Shown here: positions 9,722 to 18,348 of the stretch, in pieces
Position numbering within the stretch: position 1 is the stretch's first letter
How the letters are laid out: each line of letters starts with the position of its first letter
Assembly: GCA_963828255.1 (NCBI GenBank)
Contig: CAWHDZ010000007.1
Span: 128,001-192,000, forward strand
Reading direction: 5' to 3'
From: an uncultured delta proteobacterium
GTDB taxonomy: Bacteria > Myxococcota > Myxococcia > Myxococcales > Anaeromyxobacteraceae
DNA length: 64,000 nucleotides
The notes under the pieces: generated by a model
What the model was told of the DNA's origin: nothing
What the model saw: the letters and a program-made list of their open reading frames with translations, nothing else
Database searches by the model: none
Program-made: the position numbers and the translations under genes

Positions 9722-9747
9722 GAACCCTTTCCCGGCCGCGAGGCTCC
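9722..9747 (+). promoter_or_regulatory. ECF-type promoter motif, copy 1
   Basis: GAACCC-N14-GGCTCC upstream of the P460-family gene. Confidence 0.65.
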
Positions 9748-9773
9748 AACACGGACACCCCCGGAGGACCCCC

Positions 9774-10259
9774 ATGGCCCACCCGACCCGAATCGCCGCC
9801 GCCCTGCTCCTCGCCGCCTCCGGGATCGCCGGTGGGATGGCCGCCGCCGAGGGTCCCGCGCCCGTCGCCCTCCCCAAGGACTTCCGCTCCTGGACCCACG
9901 TCCGGTCCATGGTGGTCACCGATCCGGAGGAGGGGATGTACGGGTTCCACAACGTCTACGCCAACGCCCCGGCGCTGAAGGCGCTCCGGTCCTCGAAGGC
10001 TCCGGTCGTCTTCCCCGACGGCTCCACCTTCGTGGTCTCCATCTTCGAGGTGAAGCAGGAGAAGGGGCTCGTCGTCGCCGGGGAGAAGCAGCGCGACGTG
10101 ATGCAGGTGAAGGACGCCCGGGCCAAGGGGACCGGCGGGTGGCGCTTCGCCTCCTTCGACCCGGCCGGGAAGCCCATCGCCATCGACGCCGCTTCCTGCG
10201 CCGCCTGTCACACGCAGGCGGGGGCGATCGACATGGTGTTCACGAAATACGTTCCCTGA
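9774..10259 (+). CDS. Cytochrome P460/c'-beta family periplasmic protein
   Basis: Signal peptide; PKDFRSW, FHNVYAN, FPDGS, TGGWRFASF, C-terminal CAACH. Confidence 0.85.
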   Translation: MAHPTRIAAALLLAASGIAGGMAAAEGPAPVALPKDFRSWTHVRSMVVTDPEEGMYGFHNVYANAPALKALRSSKAPVVFPDGSTFVVSIFEVKQEKGLVVAGEKQRDVMQVKDARAKGTGGWRFASFDPAGKPIAIDAASCAACHTQAGAIDMVFTKYVP

Positions 10260-10275
10260 CCCGCTTCGGAGGGTC

Positions 10276-10923
10276 TCACATCCCCGCGAAGAGCATCCCC
10301 TGGGTGAGGATGACGATCCCGAATCCGACGAGCAGCAGCCCGGAGACCCAGCGCACCGTGACCGGGTGGGCCGACACCAGCCGGACCCGCTGTCGCAGCG
10401 CCTGCGAACCGTAGCCCACCGCGAGCATGGGGACCGCGAACCCGAGGGAGTAGACGAGCAGCAACCCGACCCCGGTCGTCATCGACCCCTTGGAGGCGAC
10501 GAGCGCGAGCACGCCCGAGAGCAAGGGGCCGACGCAGGGGATCCACACCAGGCCCAAGGTGAGGCCGAGGAGGAGGCCGGACCAGCGACCGCTCCCGCCG
10601 GCCTGGATCCGGTTCACCCAGGTGAACTTCTTGAAGAGGTTCACGTCGGCCAGCAGCAGCAGGCCGAAGGCGACGACCATCGCGCCGAAGACCTTCTCGA
10701 GCGCCGGGAGGACCGGCCCCACCACGCTCCCGAAGAGGCTCGTCACCACGCCCATGAGGACGAAGCTCGCGGCGATGCCGGCGACGATCAGGGCGGGGCG
10801 GGAGCGGTGGTCCTCGGCCGTGCCCGCCAGGATGATGGGGAGCACGGGCAGGACGCAGGGGCTCGCGACGCTGGCGAGCCCGGCGCCGAAGGTCAGCGCG
10901 AGCGAGGAGAGTCCCACGTCCAT
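10276..10923 (-). CDS. ccdA: CcdA/DsbD-type transmembrane electron transporter
   Basis: SPCVLP and WIPCVGP motifs; about 6 TM segments. Confidence 0.9.
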   Translation of the reverse strand: MDVGLSSLALTFGAGLASVASPCVLPVLPIILAGTAEDHRSRPALIVAGIAASFVLMGVVTSLFGSVVGPVLPALEKVFGAMVVAFGLLLLADVNLFKKFTWVNRIQAGGSGRWSGLLLGLTLGLVWIPCVGPLLSGVLALVASKGSMTTGVGLLLVYSLGFAVPMLAVGYGSQALRQRVRLVSAHPVTVRWVSGLLLVGFGIVILTQGMLFAGM

Positions 10924-10928
10924 GGCGA

Positions 10929-11324
10929 TCAGTTCTGGACGAGCTGGCGGACCTGTGTGGCCGACTGGATGCCCGGCGTGGCCCGCCGGATCTCCTTGCC
11001 GGAGGCGTCGGTCACGATCAGGGTCGGCAGCGCGCGGATGCCGTACTGCTGAAACTTGGCGATGTCGCCGGCGACGGTGGTCTTGAGATAGACGACCTCG
11101 GCCTTGCCCTTCAGCTCGGGAGCCATCTCCTGGAGGATGCGGTCCTGCATCTGGCAGGGCGCGCCGCCGGGATTCATGAAGAAGACCAGGCGGGGGAGGG
11201 CGGCGGGGCGGGTGGAGGCCGTGGTCGCCGAGGCGGGACGGGGAGCGTCGGCCAGGGTTGCAGAAGCGGCTGCGGCGACGATGAGGGCCAGGACGGACAG
11301 ACGGAAGGGGCGGGCGAGGGTCAT
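10929..11324 (-). CDS. Exported thioredoxin-fold protein with a single-Cys site (GAPC)
   Basis: Signal peptide; LVFFMNPGGAPCQMQ; YGIRALPTLI cis-Pro loop. Confidence 0.75.
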   Translation of the reverse strand: MTLARPFRLSVLALIVAAAASATLADAPRPASATTASTRPAALPRLVFFMNPGGAPCQMQDRILQEMAPELKGKAEVVYLKTTVAGDIAKFQQYGIRALPTLIVTDASGKEIRRATPGIQSATQVRQLVQN

Positions 11325-11331
11325 GGGTCTT

Positions 11332-11357
11332 GGAGCCGCCGGCGCCCGGATGGGTTC
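11332..11357 (-). promoter_or_regulatory. ECF-type promoter motif, copy 2 (leaderless geometry)
   Basis: GAACCC-N14-GGCTCC ending 7 nt before ATG 11324. Confidence 0.65.
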
Positions 11358-11371
11358 GCGGATCCGCCCGC

Positions 11372-12187
11372 TCAATCCCACCGCCAGATCACGCTCGCCG
11401 TTGCCGATGGACCGGAGAAGGACCCGTCGGGCGTGTCGGTGCGCCGGAACGTGGCGCCCAGGTCCACCGAGAATCCGGCCCCGAGCCCCTGCTCTAAGCC
11501 CAGGCCGACCCCCACCGTGGTGGCGGGAGCCCGGTAGGGCTCGAAGGTGGCCACTGCGGCAGCCGCGGTCGCCCCGTCGGAACTGGCCAGGGCGACGGGC
11601 AGGATCTCCCTGTAGAACGTCAGATCGCCGCGCTCGACGAAGCAGGCGACCGAGATCCAGGTGGCGCGGGCCAGGCGGAACTCCACGTCGGTGAAGATCC
11701 GGTCGAAGTTCGATCCGTAGACCGGGTCCTCCGCGGTTCGCAGGACGTGGGCGTAGCCGAGGCGCGTGGTAAACCACCCGAGCGGGCGGTAGCGCAGGGA
11801 GAGGCGCGCGGTGACGCTGGCGCCGCTGCGCGCGGGGTCGGTGTACCAGGCATAGGACGCCGTGCTCCCGAGCACGAGCGCGAGCGGGCCCACGAGGTCG
11901 ACGAGGAGGCTCGCGCTGGCGCCGGCGGCCGTGCGGTCGAGGTCGGAGAGCGTGGCGAACCGGGCGCCGTCGAGGGCTGCTCCCACGTAGAGGAACGCCG
12001 CGTCGGAGAGGTCGATGGCGGCGCCGCCGGTGGCCGTCAACGAGGCGACCGCGGATCCAAGCCCCTCCTCGCCCGGGGCCACGAGAAGGTTGGTGTCGTA
12101 GCCGCCCCCGGCGGCGACGGACCCCTCGAATCGGAGTCCGCCGTCGTCGGCGGCGAGGAGCGCCAGGGCGAGCATCAATGCGGGCAT
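11372..12187 (-). CDS. Putative outer-membrane beta-barrel protein
   Basis: GGGYDTN start, alternating beta-strand pattern, aromatic C-terminus VIWRWD. Confidence 0.6.
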   Translation of the reverse strand: MPALMLALALLAADDGGLRFEGSVAAGGGYDTNLLVAPGEEGLGSAVASLTATGGAAIDLSDAAFLYVGAALDGARFATLSDLDRTAAGASASLLVDLVGPLALVLGSTASYAWYTDPARSGASVTARLSLRYRPLGWFTTRLGYAHVLRTAEDPVYGSNFDRIFTDVEFRLARATWISVACFVERGDLTFYREILPVALASSDGATAAAAVATFEPYRAPATTVGVGLGLEQGLGAGFSVDLGATFRRTDTPDGSFSGPSATASVIWRWD

Positions 12188-12210
12188 GCCGGATCCCCGG
12201 TGGATGGGTG

Positions 12211-12498
12211 CTACTTGCCGCCGTGGTAGCCGCTGCCCGAGCCGCCGCCGTTGCCGCCGCCCGACCCGCTGCCCTTGCCGGCGCCGCCGCCGCTCATCGA
12301 GCGGCTGCGCTCGCGGGCCATGTCCTGGGAGGCCTGGTGCGAGGCGTCGCGGGTCTGCGTGCGGGTCTGGTCCTTCGCGGGAGTGGCGCCGTCGACGTGG
12401 GTGGACGGGTCGCGGGTCTGCTGGCGGGTCTGGTCCTGGGCGATGGCGGGGACGGCGACGAGGAGCGCCGAGAGGGTCAGGAGGGTCTTCAGGGTCAT
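12211..12498 (-). CDS. Small secreted low-complexity protein (DQTR repeats, Gly-rich tail)
   Basis: Signal peptide MTLKTLLTLSALLVAVPAIA; GGAG RBS. Confidence 0.65.
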   Translation of the reverse strand: MTLKTLLTLSALLVAVPAIAQDQTRQQTRDPSTHVDGATPAKDQTRTQTRDASHQASQDMARERSRSMSGGGAGKGSGSGGGNGGGSGSGYHGGK

Positions 12499-12575
12499 TT
12501 TCGATCTCCGGGGTTGGTGGGAACTTCCACCCCCTTCAACCGGGGGATCGCGCCGAGGGTGCGCCCTGTGGCACC

Positions 12576-13361
12576 GTGTCGCACTTGGGCATCCAGCAAC
12601 TCCTGGCGCTCGCCACGGGCCTCCTCGCCGGCCTGCTCTCCGGTGTCTTCGGAATCGGCGGCGGAATCGTCCTGGTCCCCCTGCTGGGCCTCCTGCTCGG
12701 CCTTGGCCAGCAGGACGCGCAGGGAGTGACCCTGGCGGTCCTCCTCCTGCCCATCGGCCTGCCGGCGGTCCTCGCCTACCGGAAGCGAGTGACCATCCGG
12801 TGGTGGCTCGTGGCTGCGCTCGTCGCAGGGTTCGTCGTCGCCGTGGCTCCGGGCGCCTGGGCCGCGAACGCACTGGAAGGGCAGCAGCTCCGCGGGGTCT
12901 TCGCGTTCTTCGTCCTGATCGTGGCGTGGCAGATGTGGAGTCGGATCCCCATCGGATCTGCCAACCCGCTCGAGCCCGTCACCTCCCCACGGAGCAACTG
13001 GAACGGCATCTGGATCGGAGCCCTCGGGGGATTCCTGTCGGGGCTGCTCGGGATCGGGGGCGCCATCGTGATGATCCCGCTCCTGGTGGCCGTCCTGCGG
13101 CTCGAGCAGCACGAGGCCCAGGCGACGACGCTGGCCGTCATGCTGCCGCCGGTGGGGCTTCCGGGCGTGCTCGCCTATGCGCACGCCCGGGAAGCTCTTC
13201 CCTGGGTCACCCTGGCGCTCGTCGCCTTGGGCTTCGCCGCTGGCGCGCTCGGGGGCGCCAAGGTGGCGGTTCGCATGCGCACGGCGACGCTGGCGCGGGC
13301 GTTCGCCCTCTTCCTGGTCGCCATGGCCGTCCGGCTCGCCTGGGCGGCGTTCCGGGGTTGA
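12576..13361 (+). CDS. TauE/SafE sulfite-exporter family
   Basis: Duplicated GLLSGVFGIGGG / GFLSGLLGIGGA motifs; start uncertain. Confidence 0.85.
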   Translation: MSHLGIQQLLALATGLLAGLLSGVFGIGGGIVLVPLLGLLLGLGQQDAQGVTLAVLLLPIGLPAVLAYRKRVTIRWWLVAALVAGFVVAVAPGAWAANALEGQQLRGVFAFFVLIVAWQMWSRIPIGSANPLEPVTSPRSNWNGIWIGALGGFLSGLLGIGGAIVMIPLLVAVLRLEQHEAQATTLAVMLPPVGLPGVLAYAHAREALPWVTLALVALGFAAGALGGAKVAVRMRTATLARAFALFLVAMAVRLAWAAFRG

Positions 13362-13374
13362 ATCGCGGCGCTCC

Positions 13375-13400
13375 GCACCCTTCCCGGGTCGCACGGCTCA
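13375..13400 (+). promoter_or_regulatory. ECF-type promoter motif, copy 3
   Basis: GCACCC-N14-GGCTCA, 10 nt before the zf-HC2 ATG. Confidence 0.55.
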
Positions 13401-13410
13401 CAGGGAGCGA

Positions 13411-13677
13411 ATGGTCCCCGCCTGCCAGCGCATCGCCGACATGCTCTCCGACTTCCTCGACGAGGAACTTGGGCCCCACGATCGGTGGGAAGTGACGCTC
13501 CACCTGGAGGGATGCAGCGGCTGCGCCCGGTTCGCGGCCGAGCTGGCCGCGACCATCGGTGCGCTTCACGCCCTCCGGGGAGCCAGCCTCAGTCGTGGCA
13601 GCCCGAGACCAGCCGCGACGACTTGGCGCAGCACTGCGCAGCCTTCTCCGGGGCGCAGCAGGCCTTCTTCTTCGTGA
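13411..13677 (+). CDS. Stand-alone zinc anti-sigma (zf-HC2) domain protein
   Basis: C...LSDFLDEEL...HLEGCSGC (Hx3Cx2C); 3' tail overlaps the peptide gene on the opposite strand. Confidence 0.7.
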   Translation: MVPACQRIADMLSDFLDEELGPHDRWEVTLHLEGCSGCARFAAELAATIGALHALRGASLSRGSPRPAATTWRSTAQPSPGRSRPSSS

Positions 13678-13687
13678 GCATCTTCAC
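13589..13687 (-). CDS. Cys-rich peptide A, putative RiPP precursor: MKMLTKKKACCAPEKAAQCCAKSSRLVSGCHD
   Basis: Hand-translated; AGGAGG 5 nt before GTG; paralog at 20622-20723. Confidence 0.85.
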   Translation of the reverse strand: MKMLTKKKACCAPEKAAQCCAKSSRLVSGCHD

Positions 13688-13696
13688 CGTGTCCTC

Positions 13697-13861
13697 CTAG
13701 GCCTTCGCCTGCTTCTCGAGCTTGGTCTTCACGGCCTTCGCGGCATCGCAGTCCGGGCACTTGGCCGAGGGCTTCGCCGCGTGGGTCTTGCAGGTGGCGA
13801 GGCAGTTCGAAAGCGACTGCAGCAGGATCTTGACCTCGGACTTCGTCAGCTCGACCGTCAT
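13697..13861 (-). CDS. 54-aa four-Cys protein (Cx3C...CxxC)
   Basis: GGAGG RBS; host-like codon use; directly upstream of peptide A. Confidence 0.75.
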   Translation of the reverse strand: MTVELTKSEVKILLQSLSNCLATCKTHAAKPSAKCPDCDAAKAVKTKLEKQAKA

Positions 13862-13934
13862 GGAGGACCTCCGCGCCACGAGAGAGTCCGATGATCAGCC
13901 CCCGGGGGGCGGGTGTCCAGCGGAACCGCGCACC

Positions 13935-13960
13935 GAACCCTTTCCGGGGGGGCTGGCTCC
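13935..13960 (+). promoter_or_regulatory. ECF-type promoter motif, copy 4
   Basis: GAACCC-N14-GGCTCC upstream of rhodanese-sqr. Confidence 0.65.
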
Positions 13961-13986
13961 CACCCCCGTCCGCGCCAGGAGCCTCC

Positions 13987-14427
13987 ATGTCCCGATCCCT
14001 CGTCATCGTCCTCGTCTCCGCCCTCGCAGGTGCTCTCCCAGCCGGCGCCCAGGCCCCGTCGGCTCCGGCTGCCCGCATGCCAGCGGTCCAGGTGGTGACC
14101 GGGGAGCAGCTCAAGGCCTTCTTCGACGCGAAGAAGAAGATGGTGGTGGTGGACACCCGCACGCCGGACGAGTTCGCCCAGGCCCGCATCGCAGGCTCCG
14201 TGAACATCCCGGCCGGCTTCGTTCGTACCCTCTCCAACCGCCTGCCCAAGGACAAGGGCACGCTGCTCGTCTTCTACTGCCGAGGGTCTGGCTGCACGCT
14301 CAGCGCGGAAGCGGCTTCCGAGGCGGCCGGGCTCGGCTACACGAGCCTCGCCATCTACCAGGCCGGAATCCCCGACTGGCTGCTCAAGCGCTTCCCGGTC
14401 GAGACCGGGGTCCCGAAGGCGAAGTGA
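13987..14427 (+). CDS. Periplasmic single-domain rhodanese
   Basis: Signal peptide; VVDTRTPDEF..ARIAGSVNIP; FYCRGSGC; YQAGIPDW. Confidence 0.85.
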   Translation: MSRSLVIVLVSALAGALPAGAQAPSAPAARMPAVQVVTGEQLKAFFDAKKKMVVVDTRTPDEFAQARIAGSVNIPAGFVRTLSNRLPKDKGTLLVFYCRGSGCTLSAEAASEAAGLGYTSLAIYQAGIPDWLLKRFPVETGVPKAK

Positions 14428-14435
14428 GGAGACAC

Positions 14436-15605
14436 ATGGCCTCGAATGCGATCGTCGTCGGCGGAGGCTTCGCGGGACTGGAGGCCGCCATCCACCTGCG
14501 CAAGGCCGGCCTCTCCGTGACCCTGGTCTCCGACCGCCCCTACCTCTGGATCTACCCGACGTCGATCTGGGTCGTGACCGGGGAGCGGGAGTTCGAGGAC
14601 GTGTGCCTCGACCTCGCCGACGTGGCCCGGCGCCACCAGTTCACGTTTCGTGAGGGCAAGGTCGAGTCGATCACGGCGGCGCGCCGCGCGGTGACGGTGG
14701 ACGGGGAGGAACTGGTCGCCGACCACCTGGTGCTCGCCATCGGGGGCGCGCCGCTCAAGCCCAAGGGGGTCGAGCACACCTTCGGCCTGTCGGGCAGTCC
14801 GGAATCCGCCTCCCGCCTCCACGATGCGCTCGAGGCCCTCCTGACCCGCGGCGGCGGCCGCATCGCCATGGGATTCGGCGGCAACCCCAAGGATCCCTCG
14901 GCGGTGCGCGGCGGCCCGGTCTTCGAGGTGATGTTCAACGTCGTCCACATGCTCCGGAAGCGCGGCGTGCGGGACGGCTTCCAGCTGGCCTTCTTCGCGC
15001 CCATGCCGAGCCCCGGCGAGCGCATGGGGAAGAAGGCCGTCGCGGCCATCCAGCGGATGCTGGGGGAGATGGGCGTGGAGATGCGCTTCGGCAAGAAGAT
15101 CGACGGCTTCCTGAAGGGCGGGACGGTGCTCTTCGAGGACGGTTCGTTGCTCCCGAGCGATCTCACCGTCTTCATCCCCGCGCAGGGCGGCCACCCGGTG
15201 CTCACCGGGAGCGACCTCCCGCGCAACGAGGCCGGCTTCGTCCAGATCGACGAGGGCTGCGCCGTGCCCGGGTTCCCCGGGGTGTGGGCGGTGGGGGACT
15301 CGGCCGCGCTCGACGGCCCGCCCTGGCGGGCCAAGCAGGGGCACCTCGCCGAGGTCATGGCCCGGGTGGCCGCGACGAACATCGCGGCCGAGGTCGCCGG
15401 CCGTTCGGAGAGGGAGAGCTACCTCCCCCACGTCTCCATCACCTGCCTCATGGACATGGGCAACGGCGCAGCCTACGTGCACCGCGACGCCGCGAAGGAG
15501 CAGATGATCCCGCTCCCGGTGGTGGGGCACTGGATGAAGCAGGCCTGGGGAACCTACTTCAAGGCGTCGAAGCGCAAGCAGGTCCCGCGGCTGCCGGGGA
15601 TGTGA
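14436..15605 (+). CDS. sqr: Sulfide:quinone oxidoreductase-like flavoprotein
   Basis: VVGGGFAG FAD motif, WAVGD, AKQGHLAE, CLMDMGN, amphipathic C-terminal helix. Confidence 0.75.
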   Translation: MASNAIVVGGGFAGLEAAIHLRKAGLSVTLVSDRPYLWIYPTSIWVVTGEREFEDVCLDLADVARRHQFTFREGKVESITAARRAVTVDGEELVADHLVLAIGGAPLKPKGVEHTFGLSGSPESASRLHDALEALLTRGGGRIAMGFGGNPKDPSAVRGGPVFEVMFNVVHMLRKRGVRDGFQLAFFAPMPSPGERMGKKAVAAIQRMLGEMGVEMRFGKKIDGFLKGGTVLFEDGSLLPSDLTVFIPAQGGHPVLTGSDLPRNEAGFVQIDEGCAVPGFPGVWAVGDSAALDGPPWRAKQGHLAEVMARVAATNIAAEVAGRSERESYLPHVSITCLMDMGNGAAYVHRDAAKEQMIPLPVVGHWMKQAWGTYFKASKRKQVPRLPGM

Positions 15606-15608
15606 CGG

Positions 15609-16334
15609 TCAGCCGGCGGCCGCCACCGGGTAGAACGGGCACTCCCGCTCGAGGCAGTCGTCGTTCCGCTGGTGGAACACGCAGCGAGGGCCGCCCCCCT
15701 CCAGAGCCGCGCCCAGTTCCTGCCGGGCGAAGCGGATGCCGGAGAGGAGCGCCAGCCAGGAGGTCCGCTTGCAGCAGCGCGGGCCGCCCACGTCGCCGAT
15801 TGTCTGAAGCGCCCGTGCGGTGGCGCGGTTGGCCTGGCCCCAGGACGGACCGCTCCGGGGCGTGGCGCCGGTGGCCAGGCTGGCGAAGATCCCCACGCCC
15901 ACCCCCGACCCGCAGGCGCCGTGGAATCCGCAGGAGCCGCCGACGACCGAGTCGGACCGGCGCCGGGCCTCGGCGAGCAGTCCCTCGCGATCCGGCGCGC
16001 CGGTCGCGCTCGCCCAGGTGGCGAGGAGCGTGGCGGGCACGAGGAAGTGGTGCTCCGGGCCGTGCATCTTCACGGCGGGGTGGCGCATGAGCGTGGTGGC
16101 GAGCGCGGCCGGATCGCGACCCGCGTGGACCCGGCAGGCCCTCTCGATGACGTCCTTCGCGTCGCCCGAATGGCAGGCGTCGCAGACGTAGTGGCCGTCG
16201 GTGCAACGGGCGGCGCTGGGCTCCTCCACGCCGCAGACGGCGCAGGTGGCGGGCATGGCCGCCTGCGCGTAGGCCAGATCCACGCCGCAGATCAGGCATC
16301 CCTGGGGGTACTCCTGCGCGCCGGTGGAGCCCAC
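15609..16334 (-). CDS. DUF5714 Cys-rich protein with N-terminal zinc-ribbon-like motifs
   Basis: CLIC..CAVC..C..GHYVCDACH; MHGPEHH; GSCGFHGACG; GPRCCKR; CPFY. Confidence 0.8.
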   Translation of the reverse strand: MGSTGAQEYPQGCLICGVDLAYAQAAMPATCAVCGVEEPSAARCTDGHYVCDACHSGDAKDVIERACRVHAGRDPAALATTLMRHPAVKMHGPEHHFLVPATLLATWASATGAPDREGLLAEARRRSDSVVGGSCGFHGACGSGVGVGIFASLATGATPRSGPSWGQANRATARALQTIGDVGGPRCCKRTSWLALLSGIRFARQELGAALEGGGPRCVFHQRNDDCLERECPFYPVAAAG

Positions 16335-16336
16335 CC

Positions 16337-17689
16337 TCAGGCTCCCAGGCCGTGGTAGCGCGCGCCCAGGCCGTACAGCGCGGGAACCGGGCGGCAGTCG
16401 GGAGCGATGGGCGTTCCGTGCTCGCGCCAGGCGATGGCGCCGCAGCCGCCGCCGCACACGGGGGCAAGCGCGCAGCCGTCGCAGGCCGGGATGGAGAGGG
16501 TGCTCCGCCCCTGCCACCGTGCGATGGCCGCCTCGTCGCGCGACACCTCGGGGAAGAAGCTGCCCAGGCGGTGTTCCGGGTGGCCCACCGTGGCGGTGCA
16601 GCCGAAGACCCCGCCGTCGGGCCCGAAGGCCCACTCCTTCTTGGCGGCCGGGCAGGCGTCGAAGTTGGGGGCGGGGAGCTCGCCGGTGTCGGCCAGGTGT
16701 CCGATGCCGTGGAAGCGCGGCTGGTGGAAGCGGCGCAGCACCGGGTGGGCCTCGGACAGCTCCACGTACCTCGCCCAGAGCTCCACCCGGTCGAACAGCG
16801 CCCCCTTCTCCTGCCGGCTGGCGCAGCCGAAGAGCTCGTAGTTGCGCCCGATCTGGGTCTTGAAGCGCGACGACGGCAGGTCGAGCCAGCCGCGCCCCGC
16901 GGCGAACCCGGCGAGCTCGGGCAGGGCGGGGAGGTTCTCCCGGTCGGCCACGACGCGGAGGTTCACCGGGATCCTCGCCGCCACGAGGCCGTCGATCCCG
17001 GCCACGATCCGGTCGAACGTGCCCGCCCCGTCTGCGTGGGGCCTGCGCCGGTCGTGCAGCGCCGCCGGGCCGTCGAGCGTGACCTGGACCTCCTTCACCG
17101 ATCCGGAGGAGAGGAGGGGGAGGAAGGCCAGGAGGTCGTGGCCGTTCGTCACCACCGCCACCTCCATCCCACGCGCCCGGGCGCCTTCCAGGTAGCGCCG
17201 GATGCGGTCGTGGTGGGCCGGCGTGTCGCGGAGCGGCTCGCCCCCGAAGAGGGTGATGTACGGGCGGGGCGACTCGCCCGCGTGGTGGCGGTCCACGTAG
17301 GCGAAGAAGGCGTCGATGGCGGCCGGCGAGACCAGCCCGGCCGCGGCCGGGTCGAAGAGCTCCTGGTAGCAGTAGGTGCAGGCCAGGTTGCATCCGAAGC
17401 TCGGGACCACCACGAGCTGGGTAGGCGTCTTGGCCGCCTCGCCCCTCCACTCGGCGCGGGCGGCCTCCACGAAGGCCCGGTCCTCCTCGTCTGAATCCAC
17501 CACGAAGCCCGCCTCGCGCAGCGTGTCCACCGGGAGGTCGCCGGGGAGGGTGGCTCCGGAGGCGAGCCCTTCCAGCGCACGCGCGCTCTCGGGCTCGAGC
17601 AGCGCGGCCTGGCCGGTGAGGGGCTGGACGAGAAGCACCTGGTCGCGCCCGGACACGGGTGCGAGGATGGCGTGGCGGGAAAGCCTCAA
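16337..17689 (-). CDS. Radical SAM/SPASM enzyme with a putative N-terminal RiPP recognition element
   Basis: CNLACTYC; FGGEPL; QVTLDG; SPASM Cys C..GPDGGVFGC and CDGCx5Cx3C...C; TTG start coupled to upstream TGA. Confidence 0.9.
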   Translation of the reverse strand: MRLSRHAILAPVSGRDQVLLVQPLTGQAALLEPESARALEGLASGATLPGDLPVDTLREAGFVVDSDEEDRAFVEAARAEWRGEAAKTPTQLVVVPSFGCNLACTYCYQELFDPAAAGLVSPAAIDAFFAYVDRHHAGESPRPYITLFGGEPLRDTPAHHDRIRRYLEGARARGMEVAVVTNGHDLLAFLPLLSSGSVKEVQVTLDGPAALHDRRRPHADGAGTFDRIVAGIDGLVAARIPVNLRVVADRENLPALPELAGFAAGRGWLDLPSSRFKTQIGRNYELFGCASRQEKGALFDRVELWARYVELSEAHPVLRRFHQPRFHGIGHLADTGELPAPNFDACPAAKKEWAFGPDGGVFGCTATVGHPEHRLGSFFPEVSRDEAAIARWQGRSTLSIPACDGCALAPVCGGGCGAIAWREHGTPIAPDCRPVPALYGLGARYHGLGA

Positions 17690-18348
17690 GGGGTCTCCGG
17701 TTCCGGGCGGCGCCCCGTGACGGTGATGCTGCGGACGAGCACCTCGCCCTTCGCGTACGGTTCGGTGCGGCGCACGACGTCGACGTCGCGCAGCCCCGCG
17801 GAGGCGATGGCGGCCAGGTAGTCTGCCTCGGGAATCGACCCGCCGTAGCAGGCGGCCCACGCGGCTGGGTCGTTCCGAACCGACGCGGGAAGGTGCTCCT
17901 CCGACACCACGTCGGAGACGGCGAACCGCCCGCCGGGGCGGAGCAGGCGGTGGACCTCCCGGAAGACCGCCGCCTTGTCGGGGGCGTGGTTGATGGCGCA
18001 GTTCGAGACCACCACGTGGGCGCAGCGGTCGGGCAGCGTCACCGCGGCGAGGTCGCTCTTCACCACCCGTGCATTGGGGAGCCCGGCCAGGGCCGCGGCA
18101 GCCGCAGCCAGCATGCGCTCGTTGCCGTCCACGCCGGTGGCGGACCCGCCCGGGCCCACCCGATCCGCGGCACGGGCCACGTCGCCTCCCCGGCCGCAGC
18201 CGAGGTCCACGACGTCCTCGCCCTGGCGCGGCGCGGCCACGTCGAGGGCCCGGCCGCAGGAGAGGGACTCCTTCGAGGTGGAGAGCGCTCCGTAGCGCAC
18301 CGCGGTGGCGCGGGCGATGGGCTCAGCGAGCTTCGGATCCGGGCTCAT
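17686..18348 (-). CDS. ArsM-like SAM-dependent methyltransferase
   Basis: SLSCG, DLGCGRG, SNCAINHAPDK..VFREVHRLLRPGGRFAVSD, WAACYGG. Confidence 0.8.
   Translation of the reverse strand: MSPDPKLAEPIARATAVRYGALSTSKESLSCGRALDVAAPRQGEDVVDLGCGRGGDVARAADRVGPGGSATGVDGNERMLAAAAAALAGLPNARVVKSDLAAVTLPDRCAHVVVSNCAINHAPDKAAVFREVHRLLRPGGRFAVSDVVSEEHLPASVRNDPAAWAACYGGSIPEADYLAAIASAGLRDVDVVRRTEPYAKGEVLVRSITVTGRRPEPETP

Noticed and set aside
13589..13591. TGA of peptide A as selenocysteine
   Set aside because: The paralog has TAG at the same position, so it is a stop
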